Positions 55,797-64,000 of a stretch of 64,000 nucleotides of DNA are shown in pieces. The position numbers were made by a program, and so were the translations under genes. The DNA is from Candidatus Saccharimonadota bacterium (GTDB lineage: Bacteria > Patescibacteriota > Saccharimonadia > UBA4664). Under the pieces are notes generated by a model that was not told where the DNA came from, did no database searches, and saw nothing but the letters and a program-made list of their open reading frames with translations. The first letter of the stretch is position 1. The number at the start of each line of letters is the position of its first letter. Location: positions 92,287 through 156,286 of the forward strand of contig JACAFG010000005.1 of NCBI GenBank assembly GCA_019352195.1, in the 5' to 3' direction.

Positions 55797-56195
55797 TTAT
55801 GATCGGCGACTCGAGCGTAAAATGCCGACGAGCAAGGCACTAATTACGGCTACCGTGATGATGGCGGCTACGGCCGGTAAATCAAAGTAGTTGGTGCCAA
55901 TCGGCTGGGCATAGTTAAACAGAGAAGCAAATGGCCTCGTAAAACCGTTGGTGGTGCTGTAAATGAAGTTTGTCAGCGCAGTGGAGTCGGAAACCCCGAG
56001 CAAGGCCATGACAAACCGGATAGCCAGCAGGGCTACGACTAAGGTGGCGATCCAACCAATGATGAGCTCTAGAGCTCCTAGGGGTCGGTCGCGCTCATCG
56101 GTTGCGACTTCCCGGTATGAAGCGGTAGGGGTTAACGTTTCGTGAAAGTTAGTTTTGCGTTCGTCGTCAGGGACGACATAAGTTCGGCGTGCCAT
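55797..56195 (-). CDS. small integral membrane protein (two TM helices)
   Basis: ORF with hydrophobic helices and an N-terminal charged region. Confidence 0.3.
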   Translation of the reverse strand: MARRTYVVPDDERKTNFHETLTPTASYREVATDERDRPLGALELIIGWIATLVVALLAIRFVMALLGVSDSTALTNFIYSTTNGFTRPFASLFNYAQPIGTNYFDLPAVAAIITVAVISALLVGILRSSRRS

Positions 56196-56294
56196 AAGTC
56201 TCTCCTCTTATGTTTTGCATCATGAACTTTGAGCACAGGTGATGCATTGGTCAAAATGACGATAAACTAAATTTGAACTGGAGTTGCCTAGTTA

Positions 56295-56335
56295 AAAAGG
56301 CGAAACGCCTCCGGACAGTTCGTCCGGAGGCGTTT
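56295..56335. terminator. strong hairpin AAACGCCTCCGGAC-agtt-CGTCCGGAGGCGTTT followed (minus strand) by a T-run
   Basis: 15-bp perfect stem, downstream of the minus-strand gene 56380..56856. Confidence 0.6.
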
Positions 56336-56379
56336 GTGGCAGGTCGCCAAAGACATCCCTTACGCTCGGGGCGCAGGGA

Positions 56380-56856
56380 TTAGTGGGCTGTGGACGTGGC
56401 GCCGATAACGAAGCGGTTGGCGCCTTCGAGCTTGATCTTGTGCCGGCGGCAGAAGGCCAAAACGTCGCGCCGCATGACGGCGTAGACTCGTTCGAAAACA
56501 TCCTCGTCGATGGGGACCGCACTTCCCAGATATTCGCAAGATGCTTGGCGACCATTGATCGTCCAGCTGCACCATTTGGAAAAGTCAGTGCTCCACTCGA
56601 TCGAGGAGAGCTTTGGGTCGCGGAACTTGATGCGCCAGTTCACCTGGCTAGGACTGTAGAAGTTTTCCAGTGACACATTGACCGTGATGCTCGAGCGCCG
56701 ACCATTATCAGTCAGCGTTGAGCTTCGATACTCTCGCGTCCCTGCTTGTTCGAACAGGTCAGTCAGAAACTGGCTTTCGTGGGTAGCGCTGTCGAGGTAA
56801 TACAAAACACCGACGATGGCGGCGCGCTGCATTTGGGCGAGCAGTGAGGCTTCCAT
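56380..56856 (-). CDS. hypothetical protein (moderately GC-rich, island-like)
   Basis: 158-aa ORF ending at a strong terminator. No motif recognised. Confidence 0.3.
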   Translation of the reverse strand: MEASLLAQMQRAAIVGVLYYLDSATHESQFLTDLFEQAGTREYRSSTLTDNGRRSSITVNVSLENFYSPSQVNWRIKFRDPKLSSIEWSTDFSKWCSWTINGRQASCEYLGSAVPIDEDVFERVYAVMRRDVLAFCRRHKIKLEGANRFVIGATSTAH

Positions 56857-56935
56857 GGTTTGAACTCATTTCTATGTCGAAAAGCAATTTGGGCAATATG
56901 AGCGGTATTATATCATTAAATGGCTAAATTAGCAA

Positions 56936-59380
56936 CTAATTGGGTGTGGGTGTCTGAGGTAGGTTGAGCTGGGCGACGTCGAGCTTGATGGCAGTGCCTG
57001 GGCCCGCTTCCCCGCGCAGAATTTGGCTAGCCACGGCGTCTTCAACCGTGCGTTGAACCATCCGACGCATGGGGCGCGCACCGAGGCGGGGGTCGTAACC
57101 GGCGTGCACCAAGGCGGTCACGGCCGCGTCGGTGAGCTCTACCGTCACTTTTTGCGGGGCGAGGGTCTTATTAACTTCCGTAATGAGGATGGCCACGACT
57201 TGGCCAAGTTCGGGCTCGTTGAGGGGGCGGAACAGGACGATCTCATCAAAGCGGTTCAGGAGCTCGGGCTTGAAACTACCGCCCGAAATGAGCTGCTCGA
57301 CAAATTGCTTCTCGAAGGTTTCCAGCGCCTCCCCGGCTTCAATATGAGATCTAATTTCGTCGGCACCGGCATTGGAGGTGGCAATGATGATGGCGTCTTT
57401 AAATGAGGCCGATTTGTTTTGACTGTCGGTGAGGTTGCCCTCATCAAGCAGCTGCAGCAATAAGTTCAGAATAGCCGGATTGGCTTTTTCGATTTCATCA
57501 AATAGCACCACACTAAAAGGTTGCTGCTTGATCCGGGGTAAGAGCCCGCTGGGGTTTTCGCTGGGTCCGGCCAGTAAACGGGCAATGTCAGACGGCTGCT
57601 GATATTCACTCATATCCAGTCGAATCATATGGTCTTCGGCGCCAAAGTACAGCGCGGCGAGACTTTTGGCGAGCTCGGTTTTACCAACACCCGTTGGTCC
57701 TAGGAACAAAAACGAACCAATGGGCCGTTTGGGGTTAGCCACGCCCGCCCGGGCACGGCGCAGGGCCGCCGCGACGACACTGACCGCGCGCGTTTGGTTG
57801 ATCATGCGTTCGTGGATGTGATCTTCTAAATGCAGTAATACATCAGCTTCAGCGGCATCGGCCGCTTGGACTTTGACGCCGTATTGGCTCTCAATGGCAC
57901 GGTCGATGCTACCGGCGGTAATGAACTGACCGTCGGCAAAGTTAAAACTACTCTCAAGGAGTTTGAGGCTGCGCCCGGGATTGGCTTCATCGGTATTGTA
58001 GCGTCCGCTCATAATGTAGGCTTGGCGCAGTGCCTGCCAGGTGGTAAACGAACGTCCGCCCTCCAAATTGAGCGCGCGGTCGGCGAGCAAGCGCATCACG
58101 TCAGTTTGGCTAGGTTCTGTCAGCACGATGGGCGTTAACATGCCAGCCAGCGCTACGTTAGTGCTGCGCAGACGTTGCCAGTCGCCGGGTGACAGGGTGA
58201 GCACCAGTTTGAAGCGGCGTGACTGCACAATCGGTAGTAACAGCTGACTTAGATTTACGGCGCCGCTGCCCTGGCCAAAGAAGAGCTGGGCTTCATCTAA
58301 CGCTACAACGATGTTACCGGCGCCGATGGCTTCGCTGAAACAGCCGAGGACGATGCGCTCGATGTCGCCGGCGCCTTCGACGCGCGATAAAATACTGGCT
58401 GCGCTGAGGCTCACCACCTGGTGGTGACGCAGGCTGCCGCTGGCTTCGCCGCGGAGGAGTCGGTCGGCTAAACCAAACAGTAAGGCGGTTTTGCCGATGC
58501 CCGTCTCCCCGACGAGTACGACGCTGGAGGTGCCGCTGTCGAGGCTGGCAATAAGGGCGTCGAGTTGGGCGGTGCGTTCTTGCTGGACAAAATTACCACC
58601 AGCAGCTTCAATTTGCTTACTCATATTGTCGGCAAAACCGTTCAGGATCGGCGTGTAGCCGGAGGCCCAATCACGCGCGATGCCCCCATAAATTGGCTTA
58701 TGCGAAGCCAAATATTTTTCTAGGCGCGCCAGCCAGCCGACGCCCTCAACGAGTTCTGAGGTGTCGATTTTAGTGGCGGTGAGCAGGCTGGTAACGGCCG
58801 GATTGAGATTGATAAGGGCGACGACGATGGCTCCCACGCTCAAATACGGGTCTTCGGCACTGCTAGCGATCGCAGCAGCTTGGTTCATGAGGTCATTTTC
58901 GGTCGGTTTGAGGCCGACGAGGGCGCCGGCAATGAGCTCACTCGGCAGGCCAAAGCGTGAGGTGAGAAAGCGGGCTTGCCAGCTAGGAGCCACCAGGGCC
59001 CATAAACCGGCAGCATCAAGGTTTGACTGGTAGCCGGCCAATAGTTCGGACGGGAGCAGGCGCTCGAGGGCGGTAGTGGTACCTAGCGTCGCCGGTGTGG
59101 CCTGCAGAACGGCTTTGGTGAGCCAGGTAGCTAAGCTGATAAGTACCAACCCCACGCCTAAACTGACGCTGGCGTGAGGGAGCTTAACGACCATAGCGGC
59201 TACGCCGCCGATAATCAGGAGCCAGCTCAAGAGCGTTAGTGCCAGGACGAGGGGCTTCGGAAGACGTCGGCCGAGACGAGCGGAGGCAATTAGGGGCGAA
59301 CGGGAGTTGAAGCGGTAATTATTCATTTGCTGATCCCCACGAAAATGAGGATGACTCCGGCGACGGGTACGAACGGCCAA
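56936..59380 (-). CDS. ClpA/ClpB-family double AAA+ ATPase with an N-terminal membrane anchor
   Basis: N-terminal TM helix. AAA-1 Walker A VLVGETGIGKTAL. AAA-2 FLGPTGVGKTELAKSLA with a sensor/arginine-finger region. No obvious middle coiled-coil domain. Confidence 0.7.
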   Translation of the reverse strand: MAVRTRRRSHPHFRGDQQMNNYRFNSRSPLIASARLGRRLPKPLVLALTLLSWLLIIGGVAAMVVKLPHASVSLGVGLVLISLATWLTKAVLQATPATLGTTTALERLLPSELLAGYQSNLDAAGLWALVAPSWQARFLTSRFGLPSELIAGALVGLKPTENDLMNQAAAIASSAEDPYLSVGAIVVALINLNPAVTSLLTATKIDTSELVEGVGWLARLEKYLASHKPIYGGIARDWASGYTPILNGFADNMSKQIEAAGGNFVQQERTAQLDALIASLDSGTSSVVLVGETGIGKTALLFGLADRLLRGEASGSLRHHQVVSLSAASILSRVEGAGDIERIVLGCFSEAIGAGNIVVALDEAQLFFGQGSGAVNLSQLLLPIVQSRRFKLVLTLSPGDWQRLRSTNVALAGMLTPIVLTEPSQTDVMRLLADRALNLEGGRSFTTWQALRQAYIMSGRYNTDEANPGRSLKLLESSFNFADGQFITAGSIDRAIESQYGVKVQAADAAEADVLLHLEDHIHERMINQTRAVSVVAAALRRARAGVANPKRPIGSFLFLGPTGVGKTELAKSLAALYFGAEDHMIRLDMSEYQQPSDIARLLAGPSENPSGLLPRIKQQPFSVVLFDEIEKANPAILNLLLQLLDEGNLTDSQNKSASFKDAIIIATSNAGADEIRSHIEAGEALETFEKQFVEQLISGGSFKPELLNRFDEIVLFRPLNEPELGQVVAILITEVNKTLAPQKVTVELTDAAVTALVHAGYDPRLGARPMRRMVQRTVEDAVASQILRGEAGPGTAIKLDVAQLNLPQTPTPN

Positions 59381-59691
59381 GCAAGTATGAGGATTCCTCC
59401 CCCAAGGCCAATTCCGAGCATGGCAACGAAGGCTGCGAGCAAGGCCAGGAGCCGTACGGCGAGGCCGACAAAGCGCGACACGGTATTATCGACACTGGCT
59501 CGCAGGCGTTGGCTCATCGAACCGGAGCTACTCGTAACAATGCGCCGCCACGGCGCGAACAAGGTTTGCAACAAGAGCCCAACCGAGAAGTTTTGTGACA
59601 ACCGCACGAGGCGTGCACGGATACCGGTGGCCACACTAGACCACCCGCGGGTATACCACCAGCTGAGCCAACTCACAAAAAGCATAAGCAA
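59323..59691 (-). CDS. small polytopic membrane protein overlapping the start of the Clp-like gene
   Basis: ORF with 3 hydrophobic helices. Ends 58 nt inside the downstream gene (possible translational coupling). Confidence 0.3.
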   Translation of the reverse strand: MLMLFVSWLSWWYTRGWSSVATGIRARLVRLSQNFSVGLLLQTLFAPWRRIVTSSSGSMSQRLRASVDNTVSRFVGLAVRLLALLAAFVAMLGIGLGGGILILAWPFVPVAGVILIFVGISK

Positions 59692-59748
59692 ATTGTACCA
59701 CTCTTAAGGGCGTGATGCCGTACTCAAACCGCTCGGCTTGACGTGAGA

Positions 59749-59777
59749 GTATTGACATATATGTAATTATAGGTTAT
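59749..59777 (+). promoter_or_regulatory. sigma70 promoter TTGACA-17 nt-TATACT
   Basis: Seen in the sequence upstream of the Apf-like gene. Confidence 0.5.
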
Positions 59778-59820
59778 ACTGTTTCGCGTCCTTGAAAAAC
59801 GGCCTGTTACAGGGTCTTTT

Positions 59821-60498
59821 TTGATGGACGTGCAGGTAAACAAAGGTATATGTGCCACACCCTCCGTGGCCATCATGCGTAACATCTCGACGCTAGCAGC
59901 CGCTCTTGTGCTGTTAGCCACCCAGGTTAACGTTCCGTTTCGTACGAACGTTGCCGACGCAGCTTCGGCTCCGGCCACCGCTACGACAGTTTACGAGGTG
60001 AGCTTACAAACCAACACGCCCGACGCGGTTGTTGTGTCTGGTCCTAAAATGCCCGATTACAACACCGAGGTCCTTGTGCCGTTGCATGCTGCTCAGGCTC
60101 AGGAGGTCGCTGCCGCTCAGGCTGCTGCCGCCGCTGCTCAAGCTGCCAAAGCTCGTGCCAAGGCCCAATCGGTCACAAAGATCGCTGTTGCAGCTCCGTT
60201 TGTAACAGGTTCACACACCGATTGGATGGCCGCCGCCGGTATCGCTCCGAGCGATTACGCTTATGTCGATTATATCGTTGACCACGAAAGTGGTTGGGGT
60301 ACGACTAAAGCTAACTATTCCGGTTCTGGCGCCTATGGTTTAGGTCAGGCCCTGCCCGCCAGTAAAATGGCGACGTATGGTTCCGACTATTTGACCAACC
60401 CGGTTACTCAGTTGAAGTGGGCCAATGTCTACGCCGTGGGCCATTATGGTTCATGGGCCAACGCATACGCTCACTGGTTGAACCGCCATAGCTGGTAA
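59821..60498 (+). CDS. secreted protein with an Apf/YocH-type C-terminal lysozyme-like domain (aggregation-promoting-factor-like)
   Basis: Signal peptide (MRNISTLAAALVLLATQ; the real start may be 59875). Ala-rich linker. C-terminal DHESGWGTTKANYSGSGAYGLGQ ... GHYGSWANAYAHWLNRHSW, which resembles Lactobacillus Apf. Confidence 0.55.
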   Translation: MMDVQVNKGICATPSVAIMRNISTLAAALVLLATQVNVPFRTNVADAASAPATATTVYEVSLQTNTPDAVVVSGPKMPDYNTEVLVPLHAAQAQEVAAAQAAAAAAQAAKARAKAQSVTKIAVAAPFVTGSHTDWMAAAGIAPSDYAYVDYIVDHESGWGTTKANYSGSGAYGLGQALPASKMATYGSDYLTNPVTQLKWANVYAVGHYGSWANAYAHWLNRHSW

Positions 60499-60510
60499 AA
60501 CAGCGAATCA

Positions 60511-60537
60511 AAAAACCGCCTTCGGGCGGTTTTTTGG
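60511..60537. terminator. bidirectional intrinsic terminator AAAAAACCGCC-TTCG-GGCGGTTTTTT
   Basis: Perfect stem with a TTCG tetraloop. Lies between convergent genes. Confidence 0.7.
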
Positions 60538-60540
60538 AGT

Positions 60541-61188
60541 CTAGGGGCGGTCGATGAGCTTTATGCCAGCCTCGGCCGCCAGCAGTGGTGCAAGCTGGAT
60601 GAGCTGGTTATCAGTCACGCTGACGCCGCGCAGGCCGTCGAGACCCCGGATAGTGCTAAGGTTGCAACTATTGAAGCTAGTTTTATAGAGGTGAGCGCGA
60701 TCTAAAGCAGTGCGGTCGAGCAGACAGTCTTCAAAGCGGACATCGTTTAAATTCGCGCCCTGAAAGCTCGCTTCTGATAAATCGCAGTTGGTAAAACTCA
60801 CGCGCGACAAACTGGCGGCGCTAAAGTTGGCCATATTGAGTTTAAGGTCGGTAAAACTAGTGTCCTTGATGGTACTGCTCGACATAATGACGGCCGAAGC
60901 GAGGCCGCCAGCAAAGCTGACTCTGATAAAGGATGAGCTATCAAAACTGGTGCCAAATAGATGACAACGCGTAAACTGCGTGTCCGAGATATCAGCCGAT
61001 TTGATGACGCAGGCAGTTAATTCGCATTCAATGATGCGGCTCAGGGCAATACTAGCTCGCTCAAGTGAGAGGTTGGCGAGGGTCCCCGTTTGGATAGACG
61101 CTCCCTCCACTGGCTGATGGAGCTGGTTTAGTGGCGTCGGTTCAAGCTGGGTGGGCAGTTTCGGGGCCTGAACGATTGCATGCATCAT
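60541..61188 (-). CDS. pentapeptide-repeat protein (Qnr/MfpA-like)
   Basis: Continuous A(D/N)LXX pentapeptide repeats over about 180 aa (for example ANLSLERASIALSRIIECELTACVIKSADISDTQFTRCHLFGTSFDSSSF ...). Length about 215 aa, typical of DNA-mimic PRPs. Confidence 0.65.
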   Translation of the reverse strand: MMHAIVQAPKLPTQLEPTPLNQLHQPVEGASIQTGTLANLSLERASIALSRIIECELTACVIKSADISDTQFTRCHLFGTSFDSSSFIRVSFAGGLASAVIMSSSTIKDTSFTDLKLNMANFSAASLSRVSFTNCDLSEASFQGANLNDVRFEDCLLDRTALDRAHLYKTSFNSCNLSTIRGLDGLRGVSVTDNQLIQLAPLLAAEAGIKLIDRP

Positions 61189-61521
61189 ACATGAGAGTAT
61201 ATATCAGCGGACACTTTGAGGATCCGAGATTATAGCACAAGTGCAATAAATATACGTTGCGTCATTTAACCAAAGACATTAATTTTTACAGATGTTACTT
61301 GGAGGCGGCTGAGAGCAGGGTATCTGGGTTGCCCGTAGCTGTGTAAAACTGTGATAGCTGCTGGATTTGGGTTTGGGCACGGTCATTGAACGCGTTCAGT
61401 CCATAGAAGTACGCGCACATGAGCGTGAGAATGATAACTATTTTTGCCATTGGCCCTAAGTGATATCAATAAGCAGACGGTTATGCAAGCTTAAAAGGCT
61501 TCATAGAGGGCTAAGTTGAAA

Positions 61522-62484
61522 CTAAACGGCGGCTGGAAGCTGGGCCTGGGCGAGAATCGTGCGAACTTCGGCAGGCGTTGTTGCGTCCATGAGTTGGGCG
61601 CGGAGCTCGGCTGCGTTGGGCCAACCAGCAACGTAGATTTTGAAGAACTTTTTTAACACCTGAAAGTGCTTCGTACTACCCCATTGTTCGTAAAGCTCAA
61701 CATGCCGCAGTAACACGGCAATCCGCTCTTCGGGCGTACGCTCGATGTGTTCGCTCGAAAAAACGTCGATGTCATGAAAAATGCCGCGCCCAATCATGAC
61801 GGCGTCGACGCCGGTTTGAGTAGCTAATTGTTCACCCTGGGCGCGGCTTAAGACATCACCGTTGCCAATAATGACGGTATGCGGCGCGAGCTGATCGCGC
61901 AATTTGACGACTTTAGAGATTTCGTCCCAATGGGCTGGTACTTTGCTCATTTCGCGCACGGTCCGGCCGTGGATGGTCAGAGCCGCCAGATTTTGTTGCA
62001 GGAGCCAGCCGGTCCATTCCTCGGTGATAATAGCGTTTAAGCCGACGCGGGTTTTGACGCTGACCGGTAAACCGGGCGCGCCGCGTTTAACGGCGGCGAT
62101 AATTTCGCCGGCTAGCTCGTAGTTGCCAATAAGGCCGCCGCAGCAGCCTCTGGCCACAATCCCCCGTTCAGGACAACCCATATTGATATCGATGCCGGCA
62201 AAGTTACCCGAGGCGGCAATTTCGCGCGCGGTGAGCTCGTACTTTTCGGGATCATTGCCCCAAATTTGGGCAATGAGGTTAGCTGACTCGCCCGGAAACA
62301 CACGCAAACGTTCTAACGTGCGTTCACGCCCCGCCGACTGAAGGCCGTCAATACTTACAAATTCGGTCATGAATACGTCGGGCGGCGCGACTTCTGCGAC
62401 TAACTGACGAAAGACCACGTCAGTAACGTCGTCCATGGGAGCCAAGACAAAAAAAGGCCGCTTAAGCTGTTGCCAAAAGTTCAT
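61522..62484 (-). CDS. dusB: tRNA-dihydrouridine synthase
   Basis: TIM-barrel Dus motifs (LAPMDDVTD, GIDINMGCP, catalytic Cys in RGCCGG). Confidence 0.85.
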   Translation of the reverse strand: MNFWQQLKRPFFVLAPMDDVTDVVFRQLVAEVAPPDVFMTEFVSIDGLQSAGRERTLERLRVFPGESANLIAQIWGNDPEKYELTAREIAASGNFAGIDINMGCPERGIVARGCCGGLIGNYELAGEIIAAVKRGAPGLPVSVKTRVGLNAIITEEWTGWLLQQNLAALTIHGRTVREMSKVPAHWDEISKVVKLRDQLAPHTVIIGNGDVLSRAQGEQLATQTGVDAVMIGRGIFHDIDVFSSEHIERTPEERIAVLLRHVELYEQWGSTKHFQVLKKFFKIYVAGWPNAAELRAQLMDATTPAEVRTILAQAQLPAAV

Positions 62485-62643
62485 TTTAGTATTGTAACAT
62501 CTATTTAGCTATTTGGGCACGGTCGGCTTGTTGGCGCCTAGCGGTTGATCCTTGAGGCCAAATAAATGGGGCTGGTAAAGCTAGGTAATATTCCAGGAGA
62601 GTTAGGTGTTTGGAAGGTTAGTTGATTAATTTGCATAAAGTGT

Positions 62644-62672
62644 GTTGACATTATTAACAATATGTGCTAGTA
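62644..62672 (+). promoter_or_regulatory. near-consensus sigma70 promoter TTGACA-17 nt-(TGc)TAGTAT
   Basis: TTGACA at 62644-62649. TAGTAT at 62667-62672 with an upstream TG. Confidence 0.55.
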
Positions 62673-62679
62673 TTTAGGG

Positions 62680-62907
62680 CGTGTTCCGCTTAAAGCGGGA
62701 TCGAACCAAACAAATATACCACTCATCTGCCTACAATAAGTAATGGAATGCACCCTCCTTTCGTTACTTGTAGGCGGATTAGTCCCTTCAAACCCGTTGT
62801 TCTTCACTGTAACATCGCACAAAACAGCTTCGCGCTGCGGTTGAAGGGTGTAACAAAATCCCCACCGGTTGTAACCACCTACAACTGTCGTGGGGATTTT
62901 GTTTTGG
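62680..62907 (+). ncRNA. candidate orphan structured small RNA (~230 nt) bounded by the promoter above and an intrinsic terminator (stem AAAATCCCCA/TGGGGATTTT at 62855-62900, then GTTTTGG)
   Basis: No plausible ORF or RBS. Internal long-range complementarity (CCTACAATAAGTAA/TTACTTGTAGG; GTCCCTTCAAAC/GTTGAAGGG). A nested GTTGTA/TACAAC hairpin sits inside the terminator loop. The next gene is on the opposite strand. Confidence 0.3.
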
Positions 62908-63225
62908 TAACTCCACTGTCAATACACTGGCAAAATTCCGATATAACCACATAATTCTGCGCCGGAATACTCTGGGTAGCCCCGGTATCGCCCTACCGTC
63001 GTCTAACCCGCTAAAGTCAAGACCGCGTTGTCGCGGCGCAATCACCGGAGTGAGGCGGATGAGGCCTCGGAACGTGTCGATGTAGTCGTAGCCGGGGGCG
63101 GACCTGAATTCAAAGATACCAACAGGATTGAACATTTCGCCGTTGTCGCGCAATTTACGTCGTTTGGCGGCACGCCTTATTTCGGATTCCGACGAGACCA
63201 GGTGGTATACTTCGTGGCTGTTCAT
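62788..63225 (-). CDS. hypothetical protein; its 3' third overlaps the structured region and may be a spurious extension
   Basis: ORF downstream of pth on the same strand. Weak RBS. No motif. Confidence 0.2.
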   Translation of the reverse strand: MNSHEVYHLVSSESEIRRAAKRRKLRDNGEMFNPVGIFEFRSAPGYDYIDTFRGLIRLTPVIAPRQRGLDFSGLDDGRAIPGLPRVFRRRIMWLYRNFASVLTVELPKQNPHDSCRWLQPVGILLHPSTAARSCFVRCYSEEQRV

Positions 63226-63319
63226 GGCAGACTCGATTCTTCTGCGCGAGGAGGCTCATCGAGCTCTTTGGGCCTCGCATAGACAAAAATACTATACACT
63301 CTAGTAGATGTTAAGTTAA

Positions 63320-63931
63320 CTAAAGCAGCAAGGTGGTGTCTTCTATGAGCTCGATTTCGCGGAGTTTGGCGACAAGGACGTCGGCAGCGCGTCGGATAAC
63401 CGTGGGCAGCGCGGCTTGTTCGTCGGTGCTAAATGGTTTGAGAACATACACTTCGCTGGGTTCGACCGCGCGGTCGTTAAGGCTAATACCCATACGTACG
63501 TGGACAAATTGATTACCGATAGCGGCCGTGATGGAGCGAATCCCCTGCTGACCAGAAGTGGCGCCGTGTCTGATACGGAGTTTGCCAAAATCGACGTCGA
63601 CATCATCATAAATTACCCAAACGTCGTCTAATTTGACGCGGTACTTTTGCATCAGTCGCTGCACGGCGTCCCCGCTGAGATTCATCATAGTTTGAGGTTT
63701 AGCCAAAATAAGTTCAACTTCAGCTAGCTCGGCCTTAATGATTTCGGCCTTAGATTTGTCGTCGGAGGTCCACTTGGAGATTTTTAAGCCTTGATTTGAA
63801 TAGGCTTCGGCGGCCGCAATGGAGGTTCGCAGCTGCTCGGCGAGCTCGTCGATGACCATAAAACCTATGTTATGGCGCGTATTGGCGTAGCGTTTGCCAA
63901 CATTACCGAGACCAACGATTAGTTTGGTCAC
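63320..63931 (-). CDS. pth: peptidyl-tRNA hydrolase
   Basis: MTKLIVGLGNVGKRYANTRHNIGFMVID N-terminal Pth signature. Confidence 0.9.
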   Translation of the reverse strand: MTKLIVGLGNVGKRYANTRHNIGFMVIDELAEQLRTSIAAAEAYSNQGLKISKWTSDDKSKAEIIKAELAEVELILAKPQTMMNLSGDAVQRLMQKYRVKLDDVWVIYDDVDVDFGKLRIRHGATSGQQGIRSITAAIGNQFVHVRMGISLNDRAVEPSEVYVLKPFSTDEQAALPTVIRRAADVLVAKLREIELIEDTTLLL

Positions 63932-64000
63932 CGGCCCGTCCCCTTGCCGCCGGGACGCGGTCCGGTGGATTTAGAACGGAAGTTAAGGCTAATCGGCGTA

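Noticed and set aside
62680-62760. Possible tRNA or tmRNA (GGGATCGAACC / GGTTCGATCCC looks like a T-arm)
   Set aside because: I could not build a 5-bp T-stem, acceptor stem or CCA-compatible 3' end on either strand. No tmRNA tag ORF or 5'/3' pairing. Kept only as an unclassified structured RNA candidate.
62680-63010. RNase P RNA, 6S RNA or SRP RNA
   Set aside because: Conserved RNase P P4/P10-12 motifs (GGAAAGUCCGG, AGGGUGAAA.GGUG) and SRP domain IV motifs are absent. The 5' and 3' ends do not pair as in 6S. The length fits none of them.
1-64000. CRISPR arrays, rRNA genes and canonical tRNA genes
   Set aside because: I found no short regularly spaced direct repeats, no rRNA-like conserved stretches and no cloverleaf-compatible segments in the intergenic regions inspected. 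The only repeat families are those reported.

Overview
The window reads as a moderately GC-poor (~50% by eye) Gram-positive-type chromosome, probably a small-genome lineage such as CPR/Saccharibacteria. The evidence for that placement is a reshuffled and reduced division/cell-wall (dcw) cluster, LPXTG surface proteins, an alpha2-type GlyRS and a chromosomal T4SS coupling-protein-like ATPase. That placement is an inference, not a search result. The backbone is housekeeping genes:
- murD (partial) and an M16 peptidase;
- mraZ-rsmH-ftsL-ftsI-mraY-ftsW-murG-ftsQ-like;
- glyQS, recO, xseAB, rpmA, pyrG, prfB, a PBP1A, topA, a DEAD-box helicase, a ClpA/B-like ATPase, dusB and pth.
Several visibly GC-rich islands (~60-68% GC) punctuate it and carry genes with no housekeeping role: ~2.5-5.5 kb, 23.85-25.35 kb, 32.95-33.87 kb, 38.15-38.5 kb, 42.6-47.15 kb, 53.1-54.2 kb and possibly 56.3-56.9 kb. 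The most distinctive locus is 38.5-47.2 kb. It holds an FtsE-FtsX-coiled-coil/CHAP (PcsB-like) hydrolase module followed by a decayed S41 Ctp gene. Immediately upstream of ftsE lies a 4.6 kb GC-rich island. That island carries:
- a TasA/camelysin-like gene with a SipW-cognate signal peptide, interrupted by one in-frame TAG;
- its dedicated SipW-type signal peptidase;
- a small PAS protein;
- a secreted hypothetical protein;
- a frameshifted IS30-family element.
The island edge contains a 116-bp inverted duplicate (115/116 identical) of an internal ftsE segment. Other notable elements:
- an array of three covarying stem-loops with a conserved GGA-containing loop upstream of two paralogous PT-linker LPXTG surface proteins;
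- an orphan promoter/terminator-bounded ~230-nt structured RNA candidate;
- MraZ-box repeats at the mraZ promoter;
- a consensus, apparently leaderless promoter driving a sigma-region-4/HARE-HTH protein plus a VirD4/TraG-like ATPase;
- a 1086-aa cytoplasmic multi-PAS/GAF histidine kinase with a stand-alone receiver;
- a Qnr/MfpA-like pentapeptide-repeat protein;
- several long perfect palindromes at operon boundaries.
All functional calls rest on motif recognition by eye; nothing was searched against a database.
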